From assembly GCA_963662335.2 (NCBI GenBank), contig CAXXVD010000003.1, positions 96,001 to 160,000 on the forward strand: 64,000 bases of DNA, in the 5' to 3' direction. Each line of letters starts with the position of its first letter. The stretch's first letter is position 1. This document shows, in pieces, positions 61,093-64,000 of this stretch. Below the pieces are notes generated by a model. It was not told where the DNA came from, searched no databases, and saw only the letters and a program-made list of their open reading frames with translations. The translations under genes were made by a program, and so were the position numbers. Source of the stretch: Chloroflexota bacterium. Lineage in GTDB: Bacteria; Chloroflexota; UBA11872; VXOZ01.

Positions 61093-61641
61093 CTAGAAGA
61101 TCTCGTCCGGGTCTATCGTAAATCCCTCAAGTGTCGGTGAGACCAGTGATTGGCCCTCACCGCACACGCCTACCTCCGTAAAGCCTTGGGAACCCCGCAC
61201 AAGCACCGTGACCGTCTTGGCGTCGGTATCTACCAGCCAATACTCTTGCACACCGTGCTTGGCATAGAGGTCGCGCTTGATGATGAGATCCCGGTCCGCC
61301 GTTGAGGGGGAAAGAATCTCCACCACCAGGTCCGGCGCGCCTTGGACGTTCTCTTCGGTAATAATATGCGCCCGCTCATTGGAGATGAAGAGCAGGTCGG
61401 GCTGCACCACGTCGGTGTCCGAGAGCACCACGTCGAAGGGCGCAACGTAGACCCGGCCGGAGTTGGTATCCTTTACCGCCTGAAACAGAAGGTAGGAAAG
61501 ATTCATCAAGACCCTCTGGTGGAGCTCTCTAGGCGCAGGCGTCATAACCAACTCTCCATCCAGCAACTCATAGCGCTCGTCGTCGGGCGTGTTGCAGTAG
61601 TCCGCGTACGTGAGCTTGACAGTGGGCGCTGAGCGAGCCAT
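61093..61641 (-). CDS. Uma2 family endonuclease, copy 4
   Basis: Same motifs; AGGAG RBS. Confidence 0.92.
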   Translation of the reverse strand: MARSAPTVKLTYADYCNTPDDERYELLDGELVMTPAPRELHQRVLMNLSYLLFQAVKDTNSGRVYVAPFDVVLSDTDVVQPDLLFISNERAHIITEENVQGAPDLVVEILSPSTADRDLIIKRDLYAKHGVQEYWLVDTDAKTVTVLVRGSQGFTEVGVCGEGQSLVSPTLEGFTIDPDEIF

Positions 61642-61695
61642 GACCATTCTCTCCTGTTGCGGTCTCTCACGAATACATCATAAGCGGCGGCGCAT

Positions 61696-62457
61696 TCAGG
61701 CTTCAACCTCCGGCCAGCGGTCGTCGTCCGTGCCGCGCCGTTCATGCCAAAGCTCGTCGACCACTTGTTCGACGAGCTCGTACCCGAAGCCCCGGCGGGC
61801 GAGAAACCCGCCAAGCTGCCGGCGAAACCGGATGGGGTCGGCGGTACTAAGCGTTGCCGCGCGCTTGCGGGCGGCCCGGCGCGCCAGCGCCGCCTCATCG
61901 CTGCCAAAGCGCGCCAGCGCGTCTTCGATGATCGCGTCGGCCACGCCCTTGTGGCGCAGTTCCCAGGCCAGCGCCCGCGTGCCCTTAGGCCGGTGCGCGT
62001 CGCGGCTCTCCACCCAGAAGCGGGCGAACGCCGCGTCGTCCACGTACCCCAATTCCGTGAGTCGCCGGAGCGCGTGGTCGCGGGCCGCGGCGTCGAACGC
62101 CTTCTTGCGGAGGTGGTCGGACACCTCCTTGGCGCTGCGCGGGCGGTAGGAGATGAAGTTCAGGCCGGCCTCCACGGCGCGCCGGTCGCTGTCATCGCGC
62201 TGCCAGGCAAGGATGCCGGCGGCGTCAACCGGGTCGCCCACGTTCAGCCCCCGCGCGGCCACCGTTTCCGCCCGCAGGCGCAAGGTCTCGCCGGTGCTCA
62301 GCGTAACCCGAAAGGAAGTCGCCTTGGCGCCAATGGGACGCAGTTCGGCGATCTTGACCTCCGCAGTCACATCCCGGTTTGCGGGCGCGGAATCTTCATC
62401 TGCGTGAGCGGACTCGTTGCGCACTGCGCCGGACGCGGGCTCGTCTGCTGGTTGCAC
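61696..62457 (-). CDS. recX: regulatory protein RecX (start uncertain)
   Basis: FISYRPRSAKEV, LGYVDDAAFA, EL..KGV, FLARRGF. Confidence 0.88.
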   Translation of the reverse strand: MQPADEPASGAVRNESAHADEDSAPANRDVTAEVKIAELRPIGAKATSFRVTLSTGETLRLRAETVAARGLNVGDPVDAAGILAWQRDDSDRRAVEAGLNFISYRPRSAKEVSDHLRKKAFDAAARDHALRRLTELGYVDDAAFARFWVESRDAHRPKGTRALAWELRHKGVADAIIEDALARFGSDEAALARRAARKRAATLSTADPIRFRRQLGGFLARRGFGYELVEQVVDELWHERRGTDDDRWPEVEA

Positions 62458-62493
62458 GGCTCAATTCTCCGGCGCACACGCGGCAGCGGGCGG

Positions 62494-63120
62494 CTACTGG
62501 CTTCCCCGGCTCAACGATATGCGACGCTCGGTGCCCGCCAGCAGCCGGGAGATGTTATCGCGGTGCTGCACGAATATGACCGCGCCGCCCACCACCGCGT
62601 AGATGAGATACGCCACCGGCACCTGGAACCAAAGCATCGCGACGGCAAGCAGAACCGGGGCCGCGGCGACGGTGGTGAGCGACGCGAGAGAGACGTAGCG
62701 GCTGATGAACATCACCGGCAGGAAGACGACCCACAGCACGGCGATGATCGGCGGCGCCATGAAGGCCAGTCCCGCCGCGCCCGGCACGATCCCCCGGCCG
62801 CCGCGAAAGCCGATGAAGAGCGGCCAGTTGTGGCCCAGGATGGCCGCAAAGGCCATGAGCACCTCGCCGGTGGGATTGCCCGGCAGCGCCAACCGCAGCG
62901 CCACCAGCGGCAGGAGCACTTTCAGCGTATCCCCCACGAACGACGCGACGCCGGCCGCCACGCCGAACGTGCGCCAGACGTTGGTGGAGCCCGTGCGCCC
63001 GCTGCCGTGCTCGCGGATGTCCGCGCGGTGGAAGACGCGCGCTACCAGCCACCCGCTGGGAATGGACCCGGCCAGGTAGCCAACGACGATGAAGAGCGCG
63101 TACCACAGAAGTTCAGTCAT
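62494..63120 (-). CDS. plsY: glycerol-3-phosphate acyltransferase
   Basis: GYLAGSIPSG, DIREHGSGRTGSTNV, GHNWP.F..FRGGRG, HRDNISRL..GTE. Confidence 0.95.
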   Translation of the reverse strand: MTELLWYALFIVVGYLAGSIPSGWLVARVFHRADIREHGSGRTGSTNVWRTFGVAAGVASFVGDTLKVLLPLVALRLALPGNPTGEVLMAFAAILGHNWPLFIGFRGGRGIVPGAAGLAFMAPPIIAVLWVVFLPVMFISRYVSLASLTTVAAAPVLLAVAMLWFQVPVAYLIYAVVGGAVIFVQHRDNISRLLAGTERRISLSRGSQ

Positions 63121-64000
63121 GATGGCCGTGGAAGAGCAGCCGGATGGGCGTGCCGTCGAAGCCAAAGCTCCGCCGGATGTTGTTCTCCAGGAAGCGGCGG
63201 TGGGAGAAGTGGGCGAGCGCGGGCTCGTTGACGGAGAAGACGAAGGTCGGCGGATGGACGCTCGCCTGGGTCGCGTAGTAGATGCTGAGCCGCCGCCGCT
63301 TGGACGAGAGCGTGCGGTCGGCCAGCCAGGCGCGCAGCGCGCGGTTGAGCGCGCCGGTGGTGACGCGCCGCCCGCGCTCGGCGTAGACCTGCAATCCCGC
63401 CGGCAGCACCCGCCCCAGGTGAAAGCCGGTCTTGGCGGATATGACCACCGCCGGCGCGTGCGGCATCCAGCGCAGCCGTTGCTGTACCATACGCTGCGCC
63501 TCACCGGCGTCACCGTCTACCAGGTCCCACTTGTTGAGCACCACCACTAGCCCCTTGTACGCCTCATTGACGTAGCCGGCCACGTGCACGTCTTGCGCCG
63601 TCAGACCCTCGGCGGCGTCTACCACCAGCAGCGCCACGTTGCACCGGTCCAGCGCGCGCAGGGTGCGGAGCACGCTATGGGATTCCACGCCCCGCTGCAC
63701 CTTGCCGCGCCGCCGCAGGCCGGCCGTGTCGATGAGCACCGCCGTGTCGTCGCCGTAGGTCACCTCGGTGTCGATGGCGTCGCGGGTAGTACCGGGCACG
63801 TCGCTGACGATCGTGCGCTCGTCGCCGAGTAGGGCGTTGAGCAGCGCCGACTTGCCGACGTTGGGCCGCCCGACGATCGCGAACTGGGGTAGCGCTTCGG
63901 TCGTGTCTTCTGCCGCCGCTTCCGGCAAATGAGCGCAGACGGCGTCCAGCAGATCCCCCGTGCCCAGGCCGTGCAGGGCCGAAAGCGAGACCACGTCGCC
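63113..64000 (-). CDS. der: ribosome biogenesis GTPase Der (3' part; start lies beyond the window)
   Basis: GRPNVGKS, GTTRD, DTAG, NKWD, C-terminal PPTFV...FGFDGTPI. Confidence 0.96.
   Translation of the reverse strand, partial: GDVVSLSALHGLGTGDLLDAVCAHLPEAAAEDTTEALPQFAIVGRPNVGKSALLNALLGDERTIVSDVPGTTRDAIDTEVTYGDDTAVLIDTAGLRRRGKVQRGVESHSVLRTLRALDRCNVALLVVDAAEGLTAQDVHVAGYVNEAYKGLVVVLNKWDLVDGDAGEAQRMVQQRLRWMPHAPAVVISAKTGFHLGRVLPAGLQVYAERGRRVTTGALNRALRAWLADRTLSSKRRRLSIYYATQASVHPPTFVFSVNEPALAHFSHRRFLENNIRRSFGFDGTPIRLLFHGHHD

Noticed and set aside
59224-61641. Uma2 array as integron cassettes or a DGR target
   Set aside because: No attC-like GTTRRRY/RYYYAAC boundaries, integrase or reverse transcriptase seen, and the variation does not look adenine-specific.

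Overview
GC-rich bacterial chromosomal segment, probably Chloroflexota or a similar lineage (inferred from gene content and repeat families, not proven). It looks origin-proximal: two perfect parS palindromes sit just upstream of recF, and gyrA is nearby. The backbone is housekeeping genes (purA, folB, gyrA, moaC, recF, pyrF, modA, recX, plsY, der) and many small-molecule or sugar catabolic genes (4 Gfo/Idh/MocA oxidoreductases, SDRs, PPi-PFK, aldolases, kinases, a sulfatase-like enzyme). Scattered singly among these are AT-richer defence-like genes: a stand-alone TIR protein, an NYN RNase with a promoter-hairpin-terminator small RNA in front of it, a Fic protein, a frameshifted GIY-YIG gene with a small membrane protein, an Eco47II-like R-M pair, and a four-copy Uma2 (PD-(D/E)xK) array with one hypervariable helix. 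Intergenic DNA holds several families of REP-like palindromes, some carried inside MITEs that have themselves inserted into other palindromes. No rRNA, tRNA, CRISPR array, integrase or transposase was recognised. All calls come from reading motifs by eye; no searches were run, and several start codons were re-chosen relative to the ORF track.
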